A stretch of 63,318 nt of DNA, filler included, from Octopus bimaculoides (GCF_001194135.2; 8 parts of 8 records of this genome joined end to end with filler, not necessarily neighbours in it); one strand, 5' to 3'; positions 35,056-48,569 are shown, counted from the whole stretch's first letter. Made by a program: numbers and translations. The notes: generated from the sequence alone by a model not told the origin.

Positions 35056-36240
35056 TCAATCTCTGGGCAAGAGGCTCTTTGTTACCAACAAAGATAGTAG
35101 TTGTCTGAACTTTGCCCAGCAACCTACACTTTTAGAGCTTTCTCCTCTGTTAACTTGGTCACCTAGGTAATGGAAGTTATTCACTAATTCCAAGGATCCT
35201 CCCCCACCCAGATTTTTGAGGAAATCTATTCTCTTTGCATTCTTAGTGTTTATTGTACCTGCACATCTGCCACAAACAAAAGCTACTTTCTCTGTTACCC
35301 TTCTCATGATACCGCTGCACCTATTATGTGTCCATAGCTTGCACTGGGTATACCACATGGAGTTCCTACCAATAACTTATCTATGTATCAAGCAGGGCCA
35401 TCTCCCTGAAGGGATTTATGATTGGCTGTTTTCATACTTGCTAGGACTTTGGTCTTTGCTAAATTAACTCTAAGGCCTTTAGACCCCAAACCTTGCTTCC
35501 ACACCTGAAATTTTCTCTGTAGTTCAGGTAGTGATTCAGCTTTAAGAACAACGTCATCAGTGTAGAGGAGCTCTCAAAGACAGCCAGTCTTAAATTTCTC
35601 TGTTATGGCCTGGAGGACTATGATAAACAAGAGGGGACTGAGAACCAATCCTTGGTGAACTCTACTTGTACACTAAATTCATTGCTATACTCATTGCCAA
35701 CCCTCACCTTGCTGACAACATCCCTGTACATGGCTTGAACAACTCTCATTACCCACTAACCTATTCCTCTGTCAAAGGCTTTCTCCAAGTCAACCAAAAC
35801 CAAACACAAAAGTTCTTCTGCAGTTGCCTTGCTAGAAAGATAACATCAGTAGTGCTTCTCTCTGGCACAAAAGCAAACCGCATCTCATCCAGGCTAACTA
35901 TCTTCCTAGTTATTTGAGCTTTGACACTGTAACTTTCATGACCTGGTCCAGCAATATGAGACCTCTGTAATTATTTCTGTCTATTTCCTTTAATACTACT
36001 ACACCAGTTGTTGGGTATGACTTCCTTGTGAACGACCAGATTAACTATATAAGTGACAAGGCCATATCTCACTCTGCCAGATATTTGAAGCACCTCAGCA
36101 GTGATTTCTGAGGGGCCAGGTGCTTTCCCTGTCTTCATATCTTTATTTGGTTTATCTATCAAGCTACTGTGGATTCAGATAGCTGATCACTCTGTTGGGT
36201 CTACATTAGGCAGACCCTCCTTCTGCCATACATTCTTTAC
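35056..36240 (-). mobile_element. Decayed RTE LINE (RT region)
   Basis: KTGKAPGPSEITAEVL, CTQCKLWTHNRCSG and LELVNNFHYLGD; homologous to 40620-41750. Confidence 0.85.
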
Positions 36241-36406
36241 ATTTAACAGCCTTTCATAGTGGCATTTCCAAACTTCTTTCATCGCAGAACCACTAACTGC
36301 AAGTTAACCATCATCTCTCTCACTCTCTCATATGTATGTATGTGTGTGTGTATGCATGCATGTATATATATATATATAAAATGTATTTGCTTTCCAATGT
36401 CTTTAA

Positions 36407-37620
36407 CCCTTTCGTTACTAACCCGGCCGTAGCCGGCCGAAAATTTTTTTGGTTCATAAGACTAACCCGGCCGTAGCCGGCCGAGCGTACCCATTGTTAT
36501 TTAAATGTATATTTGAACCCAAATTTCGTTAGTACATTCGTTCAAACACCTGATTTCACTTTGCAAACAGTTGAGTTATTGTCTCTGACATTATTTGGCG
36601 TGAACTCAGTGAATTTTGGAAGATTTTTTCCCACATTTTTTGCGGCGTTAATTTTTTTCAACTTTGAAGATGGAGAGGAGTTTCATGCTATCAAGCAGTG
36701 ATTCCGAATTTGAAGGTTTTTCAACAGAAGATATGGAGATATCGAAGAAAAGAATGAATGAGCTACAAAAGTACGTGGTGAACGATAATGNNNNNNNNNN
36801 NNNNNNNNNNNNNNNNNNNNNNNNNNNNNNNNNNNNNNNNNNNNNNNNNNNNNNNNNNNNNNNNNNNNNNNNNNNNNNNNNNNNNNNNNNNNNNNNNNNN
36901 NNNNNNNNNNNNNNNNNNNNNNNNNNNNNNNNNNNNNNNNNNNNNNNNNNNNNNNNNNNNNNNNNNNNNNNNNNNNNNNNNNNNNNNNNNNNNNNNNNNN
37001 NNNNNNNNNNNNNNNNNNNNNNNNNNNNNNNNNNNNNNNNNNNNNNNNNNNNNNNNNNNNNNNNNNNNNNNNNNNNNNNNNNNNNNNNNNNNNNNNNNNN
37101 NNNNNNNNNNNNNNNNNNNNNNNNNNNNNNNNNNNNNNNNNNNNNNNNNNNNNNNNNNNNNNNNNNNNNNNNNNNNNNNNNNNNNNNNNNNNNNNNNNNN
37201 NNNNNNNNNNNNNNNNNNNNNNNNNNNNNNNNNNNNNNNNNNNNNNNNNNNNNNNNNNNNNNNNNNNNNNNNNNNNNNNNNNNNAAATTACTGGAGCGAT
37301 CAGGAACCTTTTGGCGATGAATATATTTCCAGTATTATGAACGAGTACGATTTGTGAAGGTGAACCAATATTTACATGTGAGAGACACTAGCAGTACCCC
37401 CCACCCCACCCAGTACGTGGAGAACTCAGAGACAAAAATTATGCAATAGAATTGATTAAGAACCCTTTCTTCAATTATGTTCCAAATATCACATTAATAT
37501 GTTGATAAATAAAAAAAGTTACAGGTGTTTAATGAGACTAGTCTAAATTCATGATTATTTTAGAATTTAATTGAAACTCATGAGGGGTGTATTTTGGCCA
37601 GAAATATAGTAACGAAAGGG
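36407..37620 (+). mobile_element. Internally deleted piggyBac element
   Basis: TTAA TSDs at 36403-36406 and 37621-37624, TIRs CCCTTTCGTTACT/AGTAACGAAAGGG. Acidic N-terminus SSDSEFEGFSTED and a YWSDQEPF..EYISSIM piggyBac-like motif. Confidence 0.9.
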
Positions 37621-39779
37621 TTAAGGTATATTTCTTTACACAAAGCATCATATTCCTATAAATGATTATATCTAGCCCTTATATCACCCTCTAATAGGGA
37701 ACCAAATTTCTCAGGATAATGTACTAACTTAGGTAAAGAATAGAAATTCAATAGGACAGTAACAACAAGCAGTGTCATAAATGTCTGGATGAGAATACTT
37801 TGAAGATATCTGGTGAGATTATATAGTGCCAATCTCATGTGACATGTGTCAGTCAGGGAGGCACATTATGAAATATCTAACAAGATTTGTATTGGTTCAT
37901 TTTCTCCAGTTAAATTTGACTACCTAAACAAGCATTAAGGAAATTTTTTTTTCTGGAAGTTATGTTGAATGCTTTAAAGACAACACAAAAAATTGTAACG
38001 TACATGATATCGGAGAAAAAAAAAAACACAACAAAACTGTTTCCACCTGAAAATATTAACTACTAATTCCTCTGAATTTCTTCAGTGTAGCATAAAAAGC
38101 CTCATGGTGGGTGTTTATTTTCATTTTAGATTGACCTTGAAATTTAAGTTTGCTTGATAATAATGTCTGTAGTTACTCTTCTTGTTTACCAGTCGTGACA
38201 TCCATGACCCCCGCCCCACCAAAAAAACGGATGTGACATTTTCAAGACAAATATTTGCTATATCTTCCAAATAGTGTAGATTTGGTAGAAATTATCCCAA
38301 TATTGATGCCTGGTCGATAATGAACCATTTGAACATACTTTTATAAGTATATAGAGATTTTTGGGGGCATTCTAAAAATTTTTGGAAACCTGTTTTCGTT
38401 TAACTTTCATGGGAATGGCTCTACATCTGTTTTCGCTCTCGAGCATAATATGCTTTGCTGAGGCAGTCAAGCAATACTGAAGCATACATGTCTGTTGTTT
38501 AGATCATTTGGTTTTGAAGGCCAGATACTCTCCAATGGCCACTATTTATATAATCTAAATATTTCAATTAACTGATCTTGCTGAAGTTATATTTCCTTGT
38601 GTGTTGATTATAGATTTTAAACGCCCCCCCCCCCTCAAAGTTTTTTTTTTTTTGTCTAAGCTACTATTAAACAGTCAAACATTTTTCACTCACTGTACTA
38701 TGTGAGACCACATAATATTTCTAATTAATGCATGCCCATGTATATGTAGTGACAAAGATAGTCTTGAAAAATTATTAGGTTAGGTAACAAACATTATTCA
38801 AAGAAAATTCTCTTAATTTGTTTTAATTCAAATATTAATAAATAACTAGAAGCCAGTCTATTTTATTCTGTTTTGTATAACCCTATATATGTGTTCAACT
38901 ATTTTTCAGGGGAGAGAAAGAGAGAATTTGAAATTAGCCTTCCATTTTGCTTTTTCGCTATATCACACTAATAAAGTAATGAAATATTGTTGATACTACA
39001 GTTCGGGTCCTTGTGAGGCTTCTACTAATGCAATATTTCTATTCACCCTTTCTCTCTTACACATTTGATACACATACACATATTACTATTAAAGCTAACA
39101 CATATTACTATTAAAGCTAACCCACATTAATTTCATGTATAAACAATTTCTCAAATGTTATATAGAAACTACATTCTTGGTGTGCAATTGTGTTCGAATA
39201 ACATTTCAAGGAACAGACAGACAAAAAGGCAAGGAACAAAAAGTGTGAAGGGAGAAGATCAATAATTGACTGAAGAAAAAAAAAGAAGATATGAGTCAAG
39301 AAACATCGTAGAAAATAACTTGCCATCACATTTTGTTTGTTTATTTATTTATTTATTTATTTATGCTCATGTCTCCATCAGCTTAAATTGTGTCACTTAT
39401 AAGGGTTGTACAGATGAGAAAGGGAGAGGCCTGGAATAGGAGGCAAGGAAAGATTCAGTTTTATTCTGTATTCCAATGGGAGTAAACTCCAACTCACTCC
39501 AAATATCTCTCTCTCTCTCTCTCTCTCTGTATCTATCGGCCTGTCTGTCTGCCTATCTATCTCTTTGTCTGCCTGATTATCTCCCCATCTATCCATCTAT
39601 CTATTTCTCCATCTGTTTGTGTTTCTCTCTCTCTCTCTCTCCCCGCACACAGACACACACATATATGTAAACAAAGTTGAACACACATACACAAGGTGTG
39701 TGTGTTCTTAGTTTGTTGGGCAGCTACATTTTTTCGGCATAAGATAAGCTCCAATACGAACATTTCAAAGTGTTTGGGT

Positions 39780-40128
39780 GTCAATCTGAGGACATGTACC
39801 AAGAGTGACAAAAATCAAACATCCAGTGAACATCATGGTGTTTGGAGTGATCACTAGTGATGGCAACGTTATACTTCCCTTCATTTTCCAACATGGCCTC
39901 AGACTCAACACGGAGGCCTACATCAAGTGCCTGGAGGAGGTAGTGCTGCCCTGGATCAAGAGGGTGGCTACTGGAACACCCTATATCTGGCAACAGGATT
40001 CTGCACCATTCCACACAAGCAGGAGAACCCAGTCATGGCTGTCAAGCAATTTCTGTGACCACATCATCCCTAACATCTGGGCATCTAACTCCCCAGACTA
40101 CAGCCCCCTTGATTATTATGTGTGGGGT
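39780..40128 (+). mobile_element. maT (DD37D) transposase fragment
   Basis: IMVFGVITSDG...WQQDSAP...NSPDYSPLDYYVWG, with 37 residues between the second and third Asp. Confidence 0.85.
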
Positions 40129-40260
40129 ACTATGCTCTTCAACAGAAAGGAACACAGAAAGAAACAAGGAGAGAAAAAAGAAAGAAACAAGGAGAGAAAA
40201 AAAAGAAGAGAAAAAAAGGAGAGAAATTCGATGAAAGGGAGGAGCTACAGACTTGTAACA
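40129..40260 (-). mobile_element. Truncated PLE pseudo-LTR (third copy of the 5813 family)
   Basis: Minus strand reads CTTT CTGTTGA AGAGC ATAG, broken at the maT junction. Confidence 0.65.
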
Positions 40261-40269
40261 TAGAGGGCA

Positions 40270-42545
40270 ACTGGGAATTCCTGTGTGACAGCTTACTGAG
40301 TGCCACAGACCAAATCTGTGACTGGGGCAAAGTCCCTTCCATAGCTAGAGTAATGTGTGGTGGAAGCAGAAAAGAAGAAGTTTGCCAATGTTCAGCGATG
40401 TGAAGACCAAAGAACTGAAGTATTTCAGATCTCAAGACTGTATGTGAGAGAAATATGTCTGCATGGATGATGGTGCACTTGCATTTAATGATTCTGCAAT
40501 GAAAGAGGCTTGGAGATGCCACTATGAATGATTGCTGAATGTGGACAATGAATGGGAAGAGGAGAGCCTGCTAAATGTTAACCCAATTGATGGACCAGCT
40601 ACCTGAATCAACAGTGCTCTGGTAGATAAAGTAATTAAGGATATGAAGACAGGGAAAGTCCTCGGTCCACCAGGAATCACTCCTGAGATGCTTAGAATTT
40701 CTGGTGGGTTATTGTCTAGTCACCTATATTGTAAATCAGGTACTTCACAAAGGAGTTATACCCAATGAGTGTAGCAGCACCATAATCAACTACTACAAAG
40801 GTAAAGGCGATGCTTTAGATAGAAATAACTACAGGGGTATCAAATTGCTGGATCAGGTGATGAGGGTCATAGCCCAACTAATTTAGGGAGAAAGTTAGCC
40901 TAGATGAAATGTAGTTTGGTTTTGTGCCGGACAGAAGCACCACCGATGCTATATTCCTGGTAAGGCAACTGCAGGAGAAATATCTAGCCACAGATAAGTT
41001 CCTATACTTGGCTTCTGTTTACTTGGAGAAAGCCTTTGACAGGGTCCTCCGATCACTTATCTAGTTGTCAATGCAGAAACTAGGGATAGACAAGTTGTTG
41101 GTAAGAGCTGTACAAGCCCTGTACAGGAATACTGTCAGTAAGGTGGGGGTTGGCAACGAGTATAGTGAAGAATTCCAGATAGAAGTAGGGGTTCTCCAAG
41201 GATCAGTCCTCAGCCCCCTCTTATTCATCGTAGTCCTCCAGGCAATAACAAAGGATTTCAAAACAGGCTGCCTCTGGGAGCTCCTCTATGCTGATGACCT
41301 TGCTCTAATAGCTGAATCACTACCAGAACTAGAGATGCAGTTTCAAGGATTAGAATTGAAGGGCCTTAGAGTCAATGTTGCAAAAACCAAAGTCCTAGTA
41401 AGTAGGAAGGCGGACAAATCACAACCCCCTTCAGATGGATGGCCCTGCTCCATCTGTAGAAAAGGCATAGGTAGAAACTCCATAAGATGTACCTAGTGTA
41501 AGCTATGGACACATAAGAAGTGCAACATGGGGGCAATAAACACCAAAGATGTACAGGAAACAGATTCCATCACATGCCAGGAAGAGAAACTAGAAGTAGT
41601 TGATAGCTTCCATTACCTAGGTGACTAAGTCTGTAGTGGGGGTGAATGCTCTGAGAATGTTGCCACTAGAATAAGTATAGCCTGGGCAAAGTTCAGAAAG
41701 CTCCTACCTCTGTTGGTAACAAAGGGCCTCTCACTCAGAGTAACAGATAGGCTGTATGGTGCATGCGTGTGAACAGTCATGCTACATGCCAGGAAAACAT
41801 GGGCCATGACTGTTGAAGGCATACATAAGCTTGAAAGAAATGAAGCTAGTATGATCCACTGTATGTATAATGTCAGTGTGCATACACAACAGAGTGTAAT
41901 CGCCCTGAGAGAAATGTTGGACATAAGAAGCATCAGATGTGGTGTGCAAGAAAGATGACTGCACTGGTATGGTCATGTGTTGCATATGGATGAGGAGAGC
42001 TGTGTGAAGAAGTGTCACTCCCTAACAGTGGAAGGAACCCATGGAAGAGGGAGACCCAGGAAGACATGGGTTGAGGTTGTGAAGCATGACCTTCAAACAT
42101 TGGGCCTCACAGAGGCGATGACAAGAGACCGAAATCTTTTGAGACATGCTGTGATTCAAAAGACCTGGGAAGTAAAGTGAGATCACAGATGTGGCCAATA
42201 TCAGTGTTGTATAACCAGCCCATTTAAAAGTACTGTGAATTGTAGGGTGATATGCTATGCTTGAGAAGACCTATTGAATCAAGTAAAATCAAAATCGAAA
42301 TCAGAATGGAAATCATAGTTGTGGCCGATGCCAGTGCCACCTGACTCACACTCTGGCTGACAGTCTCCCATCCCAGTGGCATGTAGAAAGCACCCACTAC
42401 ACTCTCAGAGTGGTTGGCATTAGAAATGGCATCCAGCTGTAGAAACCTTGCCAGATCAGATTAGAGCCTGGTGCAGCCTACTGGCTTGCCAGTCCTGAAT
42501 CAAACTGTCCAGCTCATACCAGCATGGAAAACGGACGACGATGAT
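40270..42545 (+). mobile_element. RTE LINE, 5'-truncated, RT domain plus 3' UTR ending in the family B sequence
   Basis: NYRGIKLLD, LEKAFDRV, GVLQGSVLSPLLF, LLYADDL, GLRVNVAKTKV and GRGRPRKTW motifs with several stops; (GAT)n tail. Confidence 0.92.
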
Positions 42546-42679
42546 GATGATATATACACACACACAAATATATCAATAGATAAATACACACACACACACA
42601 CACAAATATATTATTATATAAATACTCACACATATACACAAATATATTTATATACACACAAACACACACATAAACATAT

Positions 42680-42716
<37 letters not shown>

Positions 42717-43242
42717 CATACATATACACACACATATATATATATATATATCCATATATATCTAATATATACACAAACTCACACACACACACACACATTT
42801 AAACTCTGATTCCTAATTCCCCAATTTTTTTGCCCTTTGGTAATCTTGATCTGAACCTCATCCCTGATGCACTCCCCTTAATCAATAATGTTATCCTGGA
42901 CGTAACAATAGTTAAAGGCACCTATTGTCATAGTAGTTAAGCCAATAATAGTGAGTAGCTTGGTGGTTAGGCTGGGAATCAAATTCATGATCATAGGATC
43001 GATAGTTCGACTTTCAGACCTAGCGGTGTGTTGTGTAATTGGGTAAGGTATTTTATTTTACATAGTCTATTAAGATTCAAAATCTCTTGACTAGAAGATG
43101 GGAACGATGGTGTAGTTTAAGGAAAATTAATTAATCGAGGGACGACGTAAAGGTTTCATATTCATTTTCTTATTGTATGTGTGCTGTTCCCATGAAGACT
43201 GATATTGCTACTTTATTATTTATGATTTTTTTTTTAATCTCA

Positions 43243-43545
43243 GGTGTTGGATCTCCCTGAGTCTTGCATGCATAGTGGGCTCGCTACCTGTAGTCTATGG
43301 TATTATGCTATCTGTTCTTTTCAACTAGCTAATACATTCCTAATTATTCTGGCTATGCCTCGGAGGCCAGACTTTTGTAACATTTCTACTGGGCACTCTA
43401 TTTCGATTTCCTCTATATTCCTCTTGATGCCGTCTGATGCTATCCCCAGGGACCCAATAATAATTGGCACTGTCTTCACATTCTTTATTTTCCATATTTT
43501 GTATGTAAGAGGATTGTACATTATTATTTACCTTTCATCCTTTCA
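43243..43545 (-). mobile_element. R4/Dong-like (RLE-type) non-LTR retrotransposon 3' end
   Basis: KIWKIKNVKTVPIIIGSLG...EMLQKSGLRGIARIIRNVL*, a short 3' UTR and an A-rich tail. Confidence 0.7.
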
Positions 43546-43659
43546 AGGGTTGATAAAATAAGTAACAGTTGAACACTGGGATCGATTTAACCGACTCATC
43601 CTCTTCCCCAAAATTGCTTCCGTCGTAGCAAAATTTGAAACCATTATTATTATTATTAT

Positions 43660-44100
43660 TGAGTAAGAGAGCTGTGTATGCCATCAAAGTGACACTAAGG
43701 TAAAATATACGAAGCCCAGTTTATCCATCATGACTACCCATCTGATAAAGGTACACCAGGCACATCTATATGTGCGCAACATGGTGATCTCATATCAAGA
43801 TAAACAGCGCATGACCTTGCAGGTGGGGCCCAGTTAGAATTTTCTTCAGGTCAAGTAGCTCATCCCGCTCAAAAGGTCCCTGAATAAGGGTTGTTTAAGA
43901 ATGTTGAACGAAACACCCATGCTTCCAAAGGTGAATTATCCAAACCCCAAAGAATTCCCTTCAACACATGGCTATAATGCTCACCCATTACTTCTGCTCG
44001 TGATCAGAGATGCACATATTATCAGCCACTAAGGGACATGCTCAACTGGTTAAGGTTAAACAATTAACAAGCAAACTTAAGGTATTGAGCAGAATATTTG
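43660..44100 (-). mobile_element. Repeat family D, second copy
   Basis: Homologous to 19775-20310. Confidence 0.8.
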
Positions 44101-44101
44101 C

Positions 44102-44134
<33 letters not shown>

Positions 44135-44318
44135 TAATTTCTGGAAAAATGAAAGCGATTTTCGTCACCAACACAAAAAACATCAGTGTAGAAAAGTTTG
44201 GGGAAAAAATCTGGTGAAAATTTCAAATACTTCAAGTGATTGGAAGAATTTAAAAAAGATGCCAGGGTAGCAACAATCCCTGTTGGCCAAAGCATATCTA
44301 ATAATCCTTTCTACTATA

Positions 44319-45130
44319 GGCACAAGGTCTGAAATTTGCGGGTGGGGGATAATCGATTACATCGACATCAGTGTTTTACTGGTACTTAATTTATCGAACA
44401 CGAAAGGATGAAAGGCAGAGTCGAGATTGGCGGAATTTGAACTCAGAACGTAAAGGTGCCATGCTGTGGGTTTGAACCCACAACCATATAGTTGGGAAGC
44501 AAACTTAATGCACAGCCACTCCTATGCTTATCTATGAAAATTCTAAATGACAGGGACTAAAGGCTTTGGTTCTTCTTTATATAATAGTGGCTATTCTTTT
44601 AAGACAATGAAACCTAAATATTCCCCTGATAGATTGGAGAAAGTACAATGTCAAATTTTGTCACAAGGTCAGCAATTTCGGAATTGTGGCTAAGTCGATT
44701 ACATCGACCCCAGTGCTCATCTGGTACTTATTTTATTGACTCTGAAAGGATGAAAGGCAAAGTCGACCTCGGTGGAATTTGAACTCAGAACGTAAAGACA
44801 GACAAAGTGCCACTAAACATTTTGTCCCGTGTGCTAACGATTCTGTCACCTTCAGGAAGCCTAATATCATTTTCTCATCTTGCTATGACTTACTTTCAGC
44901 CTTCAATATGATACCGTCTTTTGGGTATTTTAAATATGGCAGAGCCCATTCTTCTCCAGGTCTGACCATGATCGCGTTCTTCGTTGTAGATGGGGAGTGG
45001 GGGCGAGAGAAAAGAATCAACTGCAGTGCTGAAGTTGTTGGTAAAACAAAAGGCCAAAGTTGACTTCGGCAGGATTCGAACTCAGAGAACAAAGTTTTGA
45101 GATGAATACCTCAAAGCTCTAAACGACTCT
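44319..45130 (-). mobile_element. Cluster of three SINE family E fragments
   Basis: Repeated GATTACATCGAC...GAAAGGATGAAAGGC...GAATTTGAACTCAGAACG. Confidence 0.75.
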
Positions 45131-45306
45131 CCCAGTTCACCTCTTTGTAGTGAGTTGTGTGAATATGAATTGAATGAGTTGAGACATTTGTAAATNNNNN
45201 NNNNNNNNNNNNNNNNNNNNNNNNNNNNNNNNNNNNNNNTTAATTAATTAANNNNNNNNNNNNNNNNNNNNNNNNNNNNNNNNNNNNNNNNNNNNACATA
45301 CATATA

Positions 45307-46760
45307 TTAGGGTGTGTCAATTTTGGGCAGTAACTAGAAAAGTCATATCTGTAATTTTGGTAGTAATTTGTTGTAGCATATAAAAGAAAGTAGTAATTTG
45401 GTAGTAATTTGTTTAGCATATAAAAGAAAATTCTGGAATGAAAAGCAATTTCATAGAATCCTTAACTACATTAATATAAGTGTGAGAACAATTTGAACAT
45501 AATCGGTTTCACCAGCATCTTTGTCTCGATTTTCAAATATACTATAATACATTCCAATATACTATTTGAAAGTAGTCCAAGCCTTCACACGCTGTTTCCT
45601 GCCATCAATTGTCGGCTGACTGCTTGTGCTTTGATGTAACCCTCCCGCTTCTCGTGACTGCAAACATGACTCGCAGCTTCACTGACTATTTTAACACTCC
45701 TCTCAACATTTTGTGTGTGTGATGGAGATTTTGGTACCGTTATTGGTGTGCCTTTAAAGCTTTTGAGATTCTTACTAGTTAAGGATGTTTTTGATGGTGG
45801 CGCCAACGCCTCAGAACTCAAATTAAACAACTCAGACAGCTTGGTGGCATTGACACTCAAATGGGCAATTTTCCTTTGACTAAATGAGCAGTCTCTCAAC
45901 TGGTCATCTTCAAATTCTTAGAATGGCATCTATAGCCTCAGTACCAAGATTTGAACATTAGCTGCAAAGCATTACTTGCAATACTGCTTCCGATTGTGCA
46001 TACCATACGGTTCTCCTCACCAAAAATAACACGATATCTTTCACCAACTTAATTTGTGTATTTACAAGCTGCAACTGGAATAAAGAGGGATTGCGAACAT
46101 CGACCCGTTTTGGATTGAGATTAATATTAAACCAGTAAAGAAGATAGACACCAACTATAAATTCAACAATTAATCTCAAATTCATCAGGAGCTTTCCTTT
46201 TAATTGGTGTTAGGAAATCCAAATCCTGCAGAAGCGCACAGCTGTAATTAACCAACGGCTGTGACTAATCTCCAACAGACACAATGACTGAGTACTTCAT
46301 CTGATATTATTGCTTGAGCAATGTGATAAGAGTGATCTATGTTGAGGTCTTTGACAATTTCTTCTGGTAACACTGGAATGGGAGGGCCTACTTGAATCTT
46401 TGGAAAGTTTGCATTTATTTCTAGTTGTGTTACTTCATCCAACATGTTACCAAGAGTACCGACCATTTAGTATTGCTTTTCATAGGAACATCAATTTCTT
46501 GGATGAGGTGACGAAGAGATAGCTTACATGTATGTGAATTACATACAATTCAAAAAAAGTCTTCTTTCAAGTTTTTTCTCTTAATAACTCACTACACCCA
46601 CTTCCAGCCAATATTCACTGCTGTTTATTCCCCACCAATAGCCTGAGCTGAATTTTCAAGCCCTCTCTCTTGAAACGAGCATAAAATATTCTCAGCAATT
46701 ACCTCTGCATGTTGTTTCCCTTCCAATTCACCTGCAGGTATAAAATAGAACAAAAACTGA
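45307..46760 (-). mobile_element. Decayed hAT-superfamily (hATm-like) transposase gene with one TIR
   Basis: TAVNIGWK, IVCNSHTCKLSLRHL, NLRLIVEFIVGVY..YWFNI and SHTQNVERSVKIVSEAASHVCSHEKREGYI motifs. Terminus TTAGGGTGTG at 45307. Confidence 0.6.
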
Positions 46761-47338
46761 CCACTTGGCTCAGAACAGACAGTGTAGAGTTCTTTGATTA
46801 AACCTGGAAATTTTCTAGAAATTCAACAACAGATGAGTCCCCTTCTGATTACTTTCTTAAATACTTTCTTGTAAACTGTTTTAACATTTTCTAATTATTA
46901 TTACCAAATAATGTAAATCTGTATTTTAATACTTTTGTGATAATCAGTACTTAACACAATAAAGCTCATACAAAGCTTTACATTTTACTTTTGACAATTT
47001 TACTTTGGTATATATNNNNNNNNNNNNNNNNNNNNNNNNNNNNNNNNNNNNNNNNNNNNNNNNNNNNNNNNNNNNNNNNNNNNNNNNNNNNNNNNNNNNN
47101 NNNNNNNNNNNNNNNNNNNNNNNNNNNNNNNNNNNNNNNNNNNNNNNNNNNNNNNNNNNNNNNNNNNNNNNNNNNNNNNNNNNNNNNNNNNNNNNNNNNN
47201 NNNNNNNNNNNNNNNNNNNNNNNNNNNNNNNNNNNNNNNNNNNNNNNNNNNNNNNNNNNNNNNNNNNNNNNNNNNNNNNNNNNNNNNNNNNNNNATATAT
47301 ATAATGTTATATTATATATTAATATTGTATATTATATT

Positions 47339-47386
<48 letters not shown>

Positions 47387-47442
47387 GATAGACAGATAGG
47401 TATGTGAGTGTGTTTGTGTCCGTATCTATGTAGGTATCTCTT

Positions 47443-47661
47443 TTACTCTTTTACTCTTTTACTTGTTTCAGTCATTTGACTGCGGCCATGCTGGAGCACC
47501 GCCTTTAGTCGAGCAAATCGACCCCAGGGCTTATTCTTTGTAAGCCTAGTACTTATTCTATCGGTTACTTATGCCGAACCACTAGATTATGGAGACGTAA
47601 ACACACCGGCATCGGTTACCAAGCGATGTTGGGGGGACATGCACAGACACACAAACATATG

Positions 47662-47717
<56 letters not shown>

Positions 47718-47878
47718 CATATATATACGCCGGATTTCTTTCAGTTTCCGTCTACCAAATACACTCACAAGGCTTTGGTCGGCCCGAGGCTAGAGCAGAA
47801 GACAATTACCCAAGGTGCCACGCAGTGGGACTGAATACCGGAACCATGTGGTTGGTAAGCAAGCTACTTACCACACAA
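47443..47878 (-). mobile_element. SINE family C
   Basis: Near full-length match to 11208-11634. Confidence 0.88.
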
Positions 47879-48380
47879 CAAAATATCTCGTATTGTTAAT
47901 GTAAAGAGAGAAATACTTCAGTGCTTCTGCAGTTTCTTGCTTGCTTATGAAAAGAATTAACATTAGCTTTTTTGCTATTTTTGAAATTCAATGAAATAAT
48001 CATTATCGCTATAACGTTTAGGTGCTATTTGGTAATTAATAGAGACGTAATTTATAATACAGGGAGAATGTGGTTAATTAACCTGTAAAATGTCTGTGCT
48101 ACAAAAGAATTTGAGAAGAGAGACAATAAACCTAAAAAAAAATCAATTAGCAATGATTATCTATATTTAAGACTTCAGTTTCAGTTACACAATCAACAAC
48201 CATTCTTTTTAATAGCGACGCTTGGACATTTCTTGTTTAAACTTGTCTCTCCTCTTCATTCATGAGTTTTCTTCTGTTATTTATATTCGTCTTACTTGTG
48301 AGTTGTGAATTCATCAAGGTTCTGACATTGATCATTATTATTGGGTAAATGATCTTAATGAGTATTATATATATATATAT

Positions 48381-48425
<45 letters not shown>

Positions 48426-48569
48426 NNNNNNNNNNNNNNNNNNNNNNNNNNNNNNNNNNNNNNNNNNNNTTAATTAATTAANNNNNNNNNNNNNNNNNNN
48501 NNNNNNNNNNNNNNNNNNNNNNNNNGAGAGAGAGAGAGAGAGAGGGAGAGAGAGATACACATAAGTATA

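Noticed and set aside
44894-44969. Possible minus-strand exon MVRPGEEWALPYLKYPKDGIILKAE with donor gtaagt
   Set aside because: Weak acceptor, wedged between SINE E fragments, no recognisable protein and no phase-consistent partner exons.
48296-48353. Possible 58-nt minus-strand exon with donor gtaaga
   Set aside because: The acceptor lacks a polypyrimidine tract and there is no recognisable peptide or supported gene context.
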